12,055 nt of DNA from Oscillospiraceae bacterium (GTDB lineage Bacteria; Bacillota; Clostridia; Oscillospirales; Oscillospiraceae). Where the stretch lies: the NCBI GenBank assembly GCA_902766215.1, contig CACXCV010000203.1, positions 1 to 12,055 of the forward strand, given 5' to 3'. The translations under genes and the position numbers were made by a program. Shown in pieces: positions 1-6,872 of this stretch (position 1 is the first letter of the stretch; every line of letters begins with the position of its first letter). Under the pieces are notes generated by a model, which saw only the letters and a list, made by a program, of their open reading frames with translations, made no database searches and was not told the DNA's origin.

Positions 1-8
1 CCGCACCG

Positions 9-659
9 ATGGCGGCTGCCGACGTCAATCTGGCCGCCAACAGCGCCGCTACCAGCGGTGCCGATGCAGAACTGAAATCCGAGCTGACTGATTCGTTTAC
101 CTTTGCGGCCGACAGCGCCGCACCCAGCGAGGGCGACGCATCCGGCGATCACGTTAACCTCTCATCCGCCCCGCTGAAGGCCGCGCCATCCGACGCGCTG
201 GACGAGGCGTCCGCTGAGGAATCTGCCGAGGCTGCCGAACCGCCGGCCAGCGAGCCGGCCGACACCGTGTCCCCGCCTTCGCCGGCAGCGGACAGCGCCA
301 ACACCCGCGGCGATACGGGGCATGGCTCCTACGTCAGCGGCGGCGATCTGACCCCGGCCGACGGCCAGGAAAACGCCATCGACTCCTCGTCGCTGATCAT
401 TACCAGCGCCGAACAGGCCGAGCTGCTCTTTGCCGCGGGCGACGGGTCCTTTGTCTGGACCATTCACGGTTATACGCCGGAGACGCTGCCGGAAGAAATG
501 CAGCAGCTGCTCACGTTTATCCGTGTGGGCACCTATGACCTGTATATCGCCACAATGGACGAAGCCGAGCTTGAGTCCTGGTTCTACGACTTCTATGATC
601 TGCTGGGCGGCGAGTTGACCTATGGCGACGCCAGCTCCATTGTTCTAAGCACAAAATAA
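9..659 (+). CDS. Hypothetical acidic low-complexity protein (D/E/A/S/P-rich N-terminal half, aromatic-rich C-terminal ~70 aa). The frame is open back to nt 1, so it may be 5'-truncated by the window.
   Basis: 216-aa ORF with GC-rich third codon positions, consistent with the other genes. The antisense ORFs across it (162..467 minus, 430..618 plus) are Arg/Gly-rich junk typical of wrong frames. No stop codon between nt 1 and the ATG at 9. No family recognised by eye. Confidence 0.5.
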   Translation: MAAADVNLAANSAATSGADAELKSELTDSFTFAADSAAPSEGDASGDHVNLSSAPLKAAPSDALDEASAEESAEAAEPPASEPADTVSPPSPAADSANTRGDTGHGSYVSGGDLTPADGQENAIDSSSLIITSAEQAELLFAAGDGSFVWTIHGYTPETLPEEMQQLLTFIRVGTYDLYIATMDEAELESWFYDFYDLLGGELTYGDASSIVLSTK

Positions 660-677
660 AGCTGTCTGGTTCCCGTG

Positions 678-712
678 CCGGAAACTGCCACCGCGGCGGC
701 GGCAGTTTCCGG
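678..712 (+). terminator. GC-rich hairpin (12-bp perfect stem ccggaaactgcc/ggcagtttccgg, 11-nt loop) 19 nt after the stop of the first CDS. No U-tract follows. Candidate terminator or regulatory hairpin.
   Basis: Perfect inverted repeat 678-689 / 701-712 read directly from the sequence. The following sequence (ccatactatacg) is not T-rich, hence the low confidence as an intrinsic terminator. Confidence 0.35.
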
Positions 713-787
713 CCATACTATACGCAGGTACATGATGCGGGCATTTTTGCTTTAACCTTTTTGTTGCAAGTTGTAGCGGCTCTGTTG

Positions 788-816
788 TTGTATCCCGCCG
801 CCGCCCCGATTATAAT
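788..816 (+). promoter_or_regulatory. Candidate sigma70 promoter for the VanW-family gene: -35 TTGTAT (788-793), 17-nt spacer, -10 TATAAT (811-816). An RBS (gAAGGTGa) lies at 836-843.
   Basis: Perfect TATAAT -10 hexamer 33 nt upstream of the ATG at 849. The -35 matches only TTG---. Read from the sequence; not verified. Confidence 0.35.
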
Positions 817-848
817 GAAATCAGAATCCCCAATGCGAAGGTGATGTC

Positions 849-2723
849 ATGACAAACAGCAATCCCCCGCGAAAGCGCGCGCTGCCGCGCTGGATGATCC
901 CTGCGCTGTGCGCCGTGCTGCTGCTGGCAGCGGTGGTTGCCGCTGTGTTCTGGCGCTATCTTGGCAGTCTGCGCGGCCCCGGCGGGCAGACCGGACGGCT
1001 GAGCCTGAACGACTATGACAAAATTCTGCCCGGCGTGCGCATCTGCGGCATCGAGGTGTCCGGCCTGACCCAGGACGAGGCCGCCGCAAAGGTGGAAACC
1101 GCGCTGCAGGCAGACGCCGCAGCCCAGCAGTTTACGCTGCAGCTGCCGGATCAGGAGCTGACGCTCACCGGCTATCTCCAGCGCAGCGTTCCCACGCTGG
1201 CCGGCGTGGTGAAAGAGGCCTATGCCCACGGGCGCGACGGCATGTCCTCGCTGGAGGACGCCATGGTCCAGGCCGAGGCCTCTCCCCTGGAGTTGGAACC
1301 CGCCGTGACAGAGACCATTGACAGCAGCGCCATTGACGCGGCGCTGGCCGCCTTTACCAAAAAGCTGGACAGCCGCGCCACCGACGCCGTGATCACCCAG
1401 CAGGAGGACAGCATTGAGCTGCGCAAGGGCAAGGATGGCCGTGCGCTGGACGAGGAGTCGCTGAGCCGTCAGATTGTCGCAGCAGTCAAGAGCGGCAAGT
1501 CCTCGCTGAAGGCTGTATACACCCTCACCCGCAGCGGCGAACGCCAGCTGAGGGCCCTGTACGAAACCTTCTGCACTGAGGCAGTGGACGCCCACTGGGA
1601 CAGCGAAACCCACAGCATTGCACCCGAGCAGGAGGGCCGCCGTTTCGACCTGGCGGCCGCCCTGAAGCAGCTGGAAGCTCCCGACGGGGCGCAGCTGGTG
1701 ATCCCGGTGGTGCATCAGGCGCCAAAGATCACCGAGGCCATGCTGAAGGAGCGGCTGTTTGCCGACCGGTTGGGCAGTTATGACAGCCCGCACACGCCCA
1801 TTGCCGCCCGCACAACCAACCTGACCCTGGCCTGCCAGGCCATTGACGGCACGGTGCTCAACCCTGGCGAGGTGTTCTCCTTCAACGACACCGTGGGCGA
1901 GCGCACCGCCGCCAAGGGCTATCAGGACGCTGCGATCTATCTTGATGGCCAGACCACAGATTCGCTGGGCGGCGGCGTGTGTCAGGTGGCCTCCACCATC
2001 TACTGCTGCGCCCTGATGGCCAACCTTGAGATCGTCGCACGCACCGAGCACATGTACTTTGTGGACTATGTGCCCCCCGGGCAGGACGCCACGGTCTATT
2101 GGGGGGCGCTGGACTTTCAGTTCCGCAACAACACGGATTATCCCCTGCGGATCGACGCCAGCGTCTCCGGCGGCTATGTACACATCAATCTCCAGGGCAC
2201 CAATGCCGACGGCAGCTATGCCAAAATCACCTATGAGCAGCTGTCGCAGACCCCCTGGGAGGACGTGGTGAAGGTGGACGAAACCAAGCCTGCGGGTTTT
2301 TCCCAGGTGACCACCACGCCCTATACAGGCCGCGTCATCCAGACCTATCGCAGCGTGTATGACAAGGACGGAGCGCTGCTCTCCACCCGGGCCGAGGCCA
2401 AAAGCACCTACCACAAACGCGACCGTGTGACCACCATCGGCAAGCAACCCGACCCGGAACCCACGCCCGGCCCGGAGCCGGATCCCGATCCGACCCCCGT
2501 CGATCCACCGGTCACCGATCCGTTTATCCCCATTGACCCGGAGCCGCCCGAGCCGGAGGAGCCGCTTATCCCCGGCGATGGCGAAAGCGCTCCCGGCAGC
2601 GATGAAAACGGCGAAAGCGCTCCCGGCAGCGATGAAAACGGCGAAAGCGTTCCCGGCAGCGGAACCGCACCCGCCGGGCAGACGGCGCGCTGGCCCTGGG
2701 CAGCGGATCTTGACGCAAATTAA
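849..2723 (+). CDS. VanW-family cell-wall protein. N-terminal signal-anchor TM helix, then a peptidoglycan-binding-like region, a VanW domain, a G5-like domain, and a C-terminal Pro-rich/acidic low-complexity tail.
   Basis: 624-aa ORF with an RBS 6-12 nt upstream. N-terminus MIPALCAVLLLAAVVAAVFW is a TM segment. The central region GGGVCQVASTIYCCALMANLEIVARTEHMYFVDYVPPGQDATVYWGALDFQFRNNTDYPLRIDASVSGGYVHINLQG is characteristic of VanW domains. The following ~80 aa (YEQLSQTPWEDVVKVDETKPAGFSQ...RDRVTTIG) resemble a G5 domain. The antisense 661-aa ORF 810..2795 is rejected as spurious. Confidence 0.85.
   Translation: MTNSNPPRKRALPRWMIPALCAVLLLAAVVAAVFWRYLGSLRGPGGQTGRLSLNDYDKILPGVRICGIEVSGLTQDEAAAKVETALQADAAAQQFTLQLPDQELTLTGYLQRSVPTLAGVVKEAYAHGRDGMSSLEDAMVQAEASPLELEPAVTETIDSSAIDAALAAFTKKLDSRATDAVITQQEDSIELRKGKDGRALDEESLSRQIVAAVKSGKSSLKAVYTLTRSGERQLRALYETFCTEAVDAHWDSETHSIAPEQEGRRFDLAAALKQLEAPDGAQLVIPVVHQAPKITEAMLKERLFADRLGSYDSPHTPIAARTTNLTLACQAIDGTVLNPGEVFSFNDTVGERTAAKGYQDAAIYLDGQTTDSLGGGVCQVASTIYCCALMANLEIVARTEHMYFVDYVPPGQDATVYWGALDFQFRNNTDYPLRIDASVSGGYVHINLQGTNADGSYAKITYEQLSQTPWEDVVKVDETKPAGFSQVTTTPYTGRVIQTYRSVYDKDGALLSTRAEAKSTYHKRDRVTTIGKQPDPEPTPGPEPDPDPTPVDPPVTDPFIPIDPEPPEPEEPLIPGDGESAPGSDENGESAPGSDENGESVPGSGTAPAGQTARWPWAADLDAN
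2580..2662. repeat. Direct tandem repeat of about 2.8 x 30 bp (ggcgaaagcgctcccggcagcgatgaaaac). It encodes the in-frame peptide repeats GESAPGSDEN within the VanW-protein tail.
   Basis: Copies 2580-2609 and 2610-2639 are identical. The third copy, 2640-2662, is partial and carries one substitution (c->t). The unit length is a multiple of 3, which preserves the reading frame. Confidence 0.85.
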
Positions 2724-2726
2724 TGC

Positions 2727-2755
2727 TTGACAAGCGGCCCGTAAGCTGCTAAAAT
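2727..2755 (+). promoter_or_regulatory. Near-consensus sigma70 promoter of the infC-rpmI-rplT operon: -35 TTGACA (2727-2732), 17-nt spacer, -10 TAAAAT (2750-2755).
   Basis: Hexamers and spacing read directly from the sequence. Located 22 nt after the VanW stop and ~160 nt upstream of the infC start. Confidence 0.7.
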
Positions 2756-2917
2756 AGTCAAGAACAAGGAAGAGGAGCGGCGGCCCCGCCCTCACCTCAA
2801 GCCACGATGCGAAGAGGTTGATATGCGCCAGCCCGGCTTTGGCCGGTTTGTATGCTTGTCAGTGCGGGTGCCGTTATGGCATCCGCACTTTGTACTTTGT
2901 ATTTGGAGGTGCTTACC
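2756..2917 (+). promoter_or_regulatory. Structured ~160-nt 5' leader of infC. It contains an attenuator-like intrinsic terminator at 2862-2904: an 11-bp stem gtgcgggtgcc/ggcatccgcac with a 5-nt loop, followed by tttgtactttgtattt. A second GC hairpin lies at 2833-2846. Candidate L20-responsive leader (Rfam L20_leader-type autoregulation).
   Basis: Stem-loops and the T-rich tract read from the sequence. The terminator-like hairpin ends 1 nt before the GGAGGT RBS at 2905-2910. Established knowledge: in Firmicutes, infC-rpmI-rplT is autoregulated by L20 binding to the leader, with transcription attenuation. Assigning that mechanism here is inference. Confidence 0.45.
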
Positions 2918-3445
2918 ATCAGTAAGCTGGACCATCAGCTCAACGAGGAGATTCGCGACAAAGAGATTCGCGTCATTGGCCACGACGGTGCTCAGCTGGG
3001 CATCATGCCCCCCGCCGACGCGCTGCGCCTTGCCGAGGAACACGAGATGGATCTGGTAAAGATCTCTCCCAACGCCACTCCGCCCGTGTGCAAAATCATG
3101 GACTATGGCAAGTTCCGCTTCGAACAGACAAAAAAAGAAAAAGAAGCCCGTAAGAACCAGCATGTGGTTGAGATCAAAGAGGTTCGCATGTCTCCGGGCA
3201 TCGACGTCAACGACTTCAACGTCAAGCTGAAAAACGCACAGAAGTTCCTCAAGGATGGCAACCGCGTGAAGGTCACCGTCCGCTTCCGCGGACGCGAAAT
3301 GGCGCACACCAACATTGGCGAACAGCTGCTGCAGAAGTTCGGCGCCGAATGCGCTGAGGTCGCCGCAGTGGAGAAGAATCCCAAGCTCGACGGCCGCCAC
3401 ATGTCGATGTTCCTCTCACCCAAAGCCACCCCCAAAACAAAGTAA
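2918..3445 (+). CDS. infC: Translation initiation factor IF-3. Likely non-canonical ATC start at 2918, 7 nt after GGAGGT. The ORF-track ATG at 2852 lies inside the leader/attenuator and has no RBS.
   Basis: Translation ISKLDHQLNEEIRDKEIRVIGHDGAQLGIM...VCKIMDYGKFRFEQ...RFRGREMAHTNIGEQLL matches IF-3 along its whole length. IF-3 genes classically use AUU/AUA/AUC starts for autoregulation. An excellent Shine-Dalgarno at 2905-2910 is positioned for codon 2918 and for no ATG or GTG. The stop at 3443-3445 is unambiguous. Confidence 0.85.
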   Translation: MSKLDHQLNEEIRDKEIRVIGHDGAQLGIMPPADALRLAEEHEMDLVKISPNATPPVCKIMDYGKFRFEQTKKEKEARKNQHVVEIKEVRMSPGIDVNDFNVKLKNAQKFLKDGNRVKVTVRFRGREMAHTNIGEQLLQKFGAECAEVAAVEKNPKLDGRHMSMFLSPKATPKTK

Positions 3446-3490
3446 CCTGCATGCCGGCGCTCCGGCAGCTAATACGGAAGGAGTACTATC

Positions 3491-3688
3491 ATGCCTAAGC
3501 TTAAGACGCACAGCGGTGCAAAGAAGAGATTTAACCTCACCAAAAACGGCAAGGTCAAGCGTGCCCACGCTTTCAAGAGTCATATCCTCACCAAGAAGGA
3601 CACCAAGCGCAAGCGCGGCCTGCGTTCCGGCGCATACGCTGATGTCACCAACGTCGCGGCCATCCGCGAGATGATTCCGTACAAATAA
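3491..3688 (+). CDS. rpmI: 50S ribosomal protein L35
   Basis: 65 aa starting [36 protein letters not shown], typical of L35. RBS GGAAGGAG at 3476-3483. Confidence 0.95.
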   Translation: MPKLKTHSGAKKRFNLTKNGKVKRAHAFKSHILTKKDTKRKRGLRSGAYADVTNVAAIREMIPYK

Positions 3689-3706
3689 TAAGGGAGGATA
3701 TGAACC

Positions 3707-4063
3707 ATGGCTAGAGTCAAAGGCGCAATGATGACGCGCAAGAGAAGAAACAAGGTCCTGAAGCTCGCCAAGGGCTATTGGGGCAGCAAGTCCAAGCATT
3801 TTAAGATGGCCAAGCAGGCCGTCATGAAGTCTGGCGTTTATGCCTATGCCGGCCGCAAGCAGAAGAAGCGCAACGACCGCAGACTGTGGATTGCCCGTCT
3901 GTCCGCCGCTGTCGCCCCCTTCGGCATGAACTACTCCACCTTTATGAACGGCGTGAAGAAGGCCGGCCTCACCATGAACCGCAAGATGCTCTCTGAGATG
4001 GCCATTGCCGATCAGGCTGCATTTGCCGCCGTGGTCGAGGCTGCCAAGAAGGCCCTCGCCTGA
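3707..4063 (+). CDS. rplT: 50S ribosomal protein L20
   Basis: 118 aa starting MARVKGAMMTRKRRNKVLKLAKGYWGSKSKHFKMAKQAV...RRLWIARLSAAV, typical of L20. RBS AGGGAGGA at 3691-3698. Conserved infC-rpmI-rplT order. Confidence 0.95.
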   Translation: MARVKGAMMTRKRRNKVLKLAKGYWGSKSKHFKMAKQAVMKSGVYAYAGRKQKKRNDRRLWIARLSAAVAPFGMNYSTFMNGVKKAGLTMNRKMLSEMAIADQAAFAAVVEAAKKALA

Positions 4064-4081
4064 TTGATTACACAGATTGAC

Positions 4082-4113
4082 AGGCCCCGGACAAACGTCC
4101 GGGGCCTGTTTTT
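4082..4113 (+). terminator. Rho-independent terminator of the infC-rpmI-rplT operon (11-bp perfect stem aggccccggac/gtccggggcct, loop aaac, then GTTTTT).
   Basis: Hairpin plus T-tract read from the sequence, 19 nt after the rplT stop. It sits in the convergent gap before the feoB stop at 4149. Confidence 0.8.
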
Positions 4114-4148
4114 CATGCTGTATGCTGTCCATTGGGGTTGCCCGCGGC

Positions 4149-5951
4149 CTAGGCCAGCAGTGCCGCCAGCCGGCACAGCACCACGCCGATGGCCGTGGGC
4201 AGCAGCACAGCCGCCGCCGTCCAGCGCCAGCTGTGCGTCTCCCGCCGGATGGTCAGACAGGTGGTGGAGCACGGCCAGTGGAACAGGAAAAACAGCATGG
4301 TACACAGCGCCGTGGCACGGGTCCAGCCCGCCGCCGGAAGCAGTGCCGCCAGCTCGGCCGTTTCTGCCCCGGCCAGGGTACCGGACGAGGTCAGCAGCAT
4401 CACGACCACGGGCATGACCAGCTCGTTAGCCGGAAAGCCCAGCAAAAACCCGGTCAGAATTGCTCCGTTCATCCCCAGATATCGCCCGATCGGCTCCAGC
4501 GCCGCTGCCAGACGCGCCAGCAGCGGCGTCCCGCCGGGGGAGAGATTGGCCAGCAGCCAGAGCACCAGCCCCGCCGGAGCCGCAACCACTGCCGCCCGCG
4601 ACAGCACGTGCCCGGTGCGGTCCAGCAGGCTGCGCAGCAGAATCTGCCCTACCCGCGGCCGGCGGAAGGGCGGCAGCTCCAAGGCATAGGCCGAGTGTTC
4701 GCCCCGCAGCAGCGTGCGGCTCAGGCCAAAGGACGCAGCCAGCGTAGCGCCCACGCCCAGCGCCACCAGCAGCGTCAGAATACCTGCCGCCAGCAGCGAG
4801 CTGCCCGCCCCCTGCCCGGCAAAGAACAGCACAATCAGCGAAATCAGGGCGGGAAAGCGCCCGTTGCACGGCACCATGCTGTTGGTGAGAATTGCCAACA
4901 GCCGTTCGCGGGGCGAATCGATGATCCGGCAGCCTACCACGCCCGCCGCGTTGCAGCCAAAGCCCATGGCCATAGTCAGCGCCTGCTTGCCGCAGGCGCC
5001 GCAGCAGGCAAAGGCACTGTCCATCAAAAACGCGGCCCGGGGCAGATAGCCCAGGTCCTCCAGCAGCGTGAAGAGCGGGAAAAAGATGGCCATGGGCGGC
5101 AGCATCACCGCCACCACCCGCGCCGCCGTGGCATACACACCGTCCAGCAGCGTCCCTCTGAGCCACCAGGGCAGCCCCAGCGCCGCCGCACCCCGGTGCA
5201 GCCAGCCGCCCAGCCAGTCAAAGCCCCGCTGCAGCAGCGCCGAGGGCAGATTGGCGCCCCAGATGGTCAGCCAGAATATGCCCAGCAGCAGCACCAGCAG
5301 CAGCGGCACGCCCAGCGGTCCGGTCAGGGCGCGGTCGAGGGTCAGCTCCCGACGGCTGCGCGGCTGGCCGCTTCCGCTGGTACAGGCGGCGCTGATACCC
5401 TCGGCCAGGCGCACCACCTCGCGCGGCTGGCCGGGCACGGCCAGCGGGTGCGGCCGCTCAAAGCCGTCCAGCACCGCCCGCAGCCGCGCCAACAGGTGGT
5501 CAACACCCTCTCCCCTACCGGCGGACAGCCCGCACACCGGCACGCCCAGCCGCCGCTCCAGCTGCAGCAGATCCACGGAAATATTCCGGCGGCCCGCTTC
5601 ATCCAGCAGATTGACCGCAACCACCACCTGCTCCGCCCGGGCCAGAATCTGCAGCGCCAGCACCAGTGATCGCTGCAGACAGGTGGCGTCGCAGACCACA
5701 ATGACGGCCTCTGCCTCTCCGCCGTAGAGGAACGAATCGGCCACAGCCTCCTCCGGCGAGCCGGGGCTGAGGGAATAGGTCCCCGGCAGGTCCACCAGCA
5801 GCAGTTCGCCGCACTGCCCCTGCGCCAGCTCCACCGTCTTGCCCGGCCAATTGCCTGTGTGCTGCCGCAGGCCGGTCAGCGCGTTGAAGAGCGTGCTCTT
5901 CCCCACGTTGGGATTTCCGGCCAGGGCCACCACCCTGCTTTTCTGTTCCAT
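4149..5951 (-). CDS. feoB: Ferrous iron transporter FeoB (N-terminal G-domain plus polytopic membrane domain). Start reassigned to the internal ATG at 5951, versus the ORF-track start at 6065.
   Basis: From MEQKSRVVALAGNPNVGKSTLFNALTG (G1 motif) onward the protein is FeoB-like. It has a hydrophobic C-terminal two-thirds with Gate-motif-like stretches. A strong RBS GGGGAGG sits 7 nt upstream of ATG 5951 (minus strand). The 38 codons upstream in the track ORF have no RBS and no FeoB similarity. Confidence 0.9.
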   Translation of the reverse strand: MEQKSRVVALAGNPNVGKSTLFNALTGLRQHTGNWPGKTVELAQGQCGELLLVDLPGTYSLSPGSPEEAVADSFLYGGEAEAVIVVCDATCLQRSLVLALQILARAEQVVVAVNLLDEAGRRNISVDLLQLERRLGVPVCGLSAGRGEGVDHLLARLRAVLDGFERPHPLAVPGQPREVVRLAEGISAACTSGSGQPRSRRELTLDRALTGPLGVPLLLVLLLGIFWLTIWGANLPSALLQRGFDWLGGWLHRGAAALGLPWWLRGTLLDGVYATAARVVAVMLPPMAIFFPLFTLLEDLGYLPRAAFLMDSAFACCGACGKQALTMAMGFGCNAAGVVGCRIIDSPRERLLAILTNSMVPCNGRFPALISLIVLFFAGQGAGSSLLAAGILTLLVALGVGATLAASFGLSRTLLRGEHSAYALELPPFRRPRVGQILLRSLLDRTGHVLSRAAVVAAPAGLVLWLLANLSPGGTPLLARLAAALEPIGRYLGMNGAILTGFLLGFPANELVMPVVVMLLTSSGTLAGAETAELAALLPAAGWTRATALCTMLFFLFHWPCSTTCLTIRRETHSWRWTAAAVLLPTAIGVVLCRLAALLA

Positions 5952-6007
5952 CGCTCCGCCTCCCCATACATGCTGCCACAGCCTATGCACAGGGAACGCC
6001 ATACGTG

Positions 6008-6046
6008 AAAAAGCCGCTGCCTGGGCAGCGGCTTCTCCTGTTTTTT
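6008..6046 (-). terminator. Intrinsic terminator of the nfeD-flotillin-orf113-ATPase operon. The stem is gccgctgcc/ggcagcggc, extendable to 11 bp. On the minus strand it is immediately followed by UUUUU. On the plus strand there is also a distal T6, so it is partly bidirectional.
   Basis: Plus strand 6008-6012 is aaaaa, giving a U-tract on the minus strand directly after the hairpin 6013-6032. It lies 62-103 nt downstream of the minus-strand stop at 6111. Confidence 0.7.
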
Positions 6047-6110
6047 CTGCGGGATACGCCCTCATCCGGCGGGACCGGCAGGCTTTGGCGCGCCGGCCGC
6101 AGTCTGCCGC

Positions 6111-6869
6111 TTACTCGGCATGCTGCTCGTCCAGCAGGTAGGCCAGCATACGCTCCGGCGCTTCGAGAAAGCGGCGGGTGATCTGATAGTGCTGGGTCTG
6201 CTGCCAGGCAACCGGCTGGATTCCCTCGTCCGTCAGCTCATAGAGCAGCGCACCGGGTAGCGCCATGAGGATCGGCGAATGGGTGGAGAGCAGAATCTGC
6301 GCCCCCAGCCCCGCCAAGCGATGCAGCGCCGCCAGCAGGGTCAGCTGCCGCATGGGCGAAAGCGCCGCCTCCGGCTCGTCCAGCAGATAAAGGCCGTCTG
6401 GCCCAAAGCGGTTGAGCACCAGGGACAGGAAGCTCTCCCCATGGGACTGCGCATGCAGCGACTGCCCGCCATAACGCTGGAGAAAGCGGTCGCCGCCGGG
6501 CAGCTGCGCCAGCTGATCCACATGGGTTGCCACGTTGTAAAAGCTTTCAGCCCGGAGGAAAAACCCGTCCTTCGGCCGCCGGATGCCGCGGCAGAGCGTC
6601 AGGCTCTGCCCCAGCGGCGAGTGCGTCTGCGCCGTGGCAAACTGAAAGTTGGTCGATCCGCCCTCGGGATTCAATCCCGCGGCAACCGCCACGGCCTCCA
6701 GCAGGGTCGATTTCCCCACGCCGTTTTCCCCCACCAGGATGGTCACCGGAGCCAGCGGCAGCAGCTCCATCGTCCGCATGTGCCGCACCACCGGCAGGCT
6801 GCTGACATAGCTGTCCTCCGGCAGCGCGCGGCTGAGCCGCACGCCCGTGAGAAACTGCCGGCTGAGCAT
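6111..6869 (-). CDS. Minimal stand-alone ABC-type / AAA_21-like ATPase (252 aa). Has Walker A, signature-like, Walker B/D-loop and H-loop motifs. No fused effector or DNA-binding domain.
   Basis: Walker A VGENGVGKST. ABC-signature-like HAQSHGESFLSLV. Walker B/D-loop GLYLLDEPEAALSP. H-loop LLSTHSP. RBS GGAGGGGG 8 nt upstream of ATG 6869. Starts 3 nt after the stop of the upstream 113-aa gene. Confidence 0.85.
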   Translation of the reverse strand: MLSRQFLTGVRLSRALPEDSYVSSLPVVRHMRTMELLPLAPVTILVGENGVGKSTLLEAVAVAAGLNPEGGSTNFQFATAQTHSPLGQSLTLCRGIRRPKDGFFLRAESFYNVATHVDQLAQLPGGDRFLQRYGGQSLHAQSHGESFLSLVLNRFGPDGLYLLDEPEAALSPMRQLTLLAALHRLAGLGAQILLSTHSPILMALPGALLYELTDEGIQPVAWQQTQHYQITRRFLEAPERMLAYLLDEQHAE

Positions 6870-6872
6870 GGC

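Noticed and set aside
721-780. T-rich stretch gcatttttgctttaacctttttgttgcaag, considered as a terminator U-tract or UP-element
   Set aside because: It is preceded only by a 4-bp palindrome (atgc..gcat). There is no stable stem. It is probably just AT-rich promoter-proximal DNA upstream of the VanW promoter.
829-848. Shared motif atgcgaag-g(t)tgat-atg, upstream of the VanW start (829-848) and inside the infC leader (2806-2826)
   Set aside because: Only an 8-mer is strictly identical. Chance occurrence of one shared 8-mer between two ~180-nt regions is high, roughly 0.5. Not supported as a regulatory element.
810-2795. 661-aa ORF on the minus strand, antisense to the VanW gene. Similar long antisense or overlapping ORFs occur at 4077..5669 (+), 7174..8685 (+), 9746..10537 (-), 10450..10986 (+), 10700..11347 (+) and 11531..11992 (-).
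   Set aside because: Their products are Arg/Gly/Gln/His-rich low-complexity sequences with no domain signal. They overlap well-supported genes over their whole length. Long open antisense frames are expected at ~67% GC because stop codons are AT-rich.
2852-2917. ATG at 2852 (or 2876) as the infC start, as given by the ORF track
   Set aside because: It has no RBS. It lies within or upstream of a terminator-like hairpin plus T-tract. It would add 22 residues absent from IF-3 families. The RBS at 2905-2910 serves codon 2918 instead.
4077-4082. TTGACA hexamer just after rplT
   Set aside because: It forms the 5' flank or arm of the rplT terminator hairpin. There is no -10 partner at proper spacing and no downstream plus-strand gene.
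5839-6141. 100-aa plus-strand ORF ending near the 6008-6046 terminator, a possible small gene that would make the terminator truly bidirectional
   Set aside because: It overlaps the feoB 5' end and RBS in antisense. It has no RBS and a low-complexity product. The terminator is adequately explained by the minus-strand operon.
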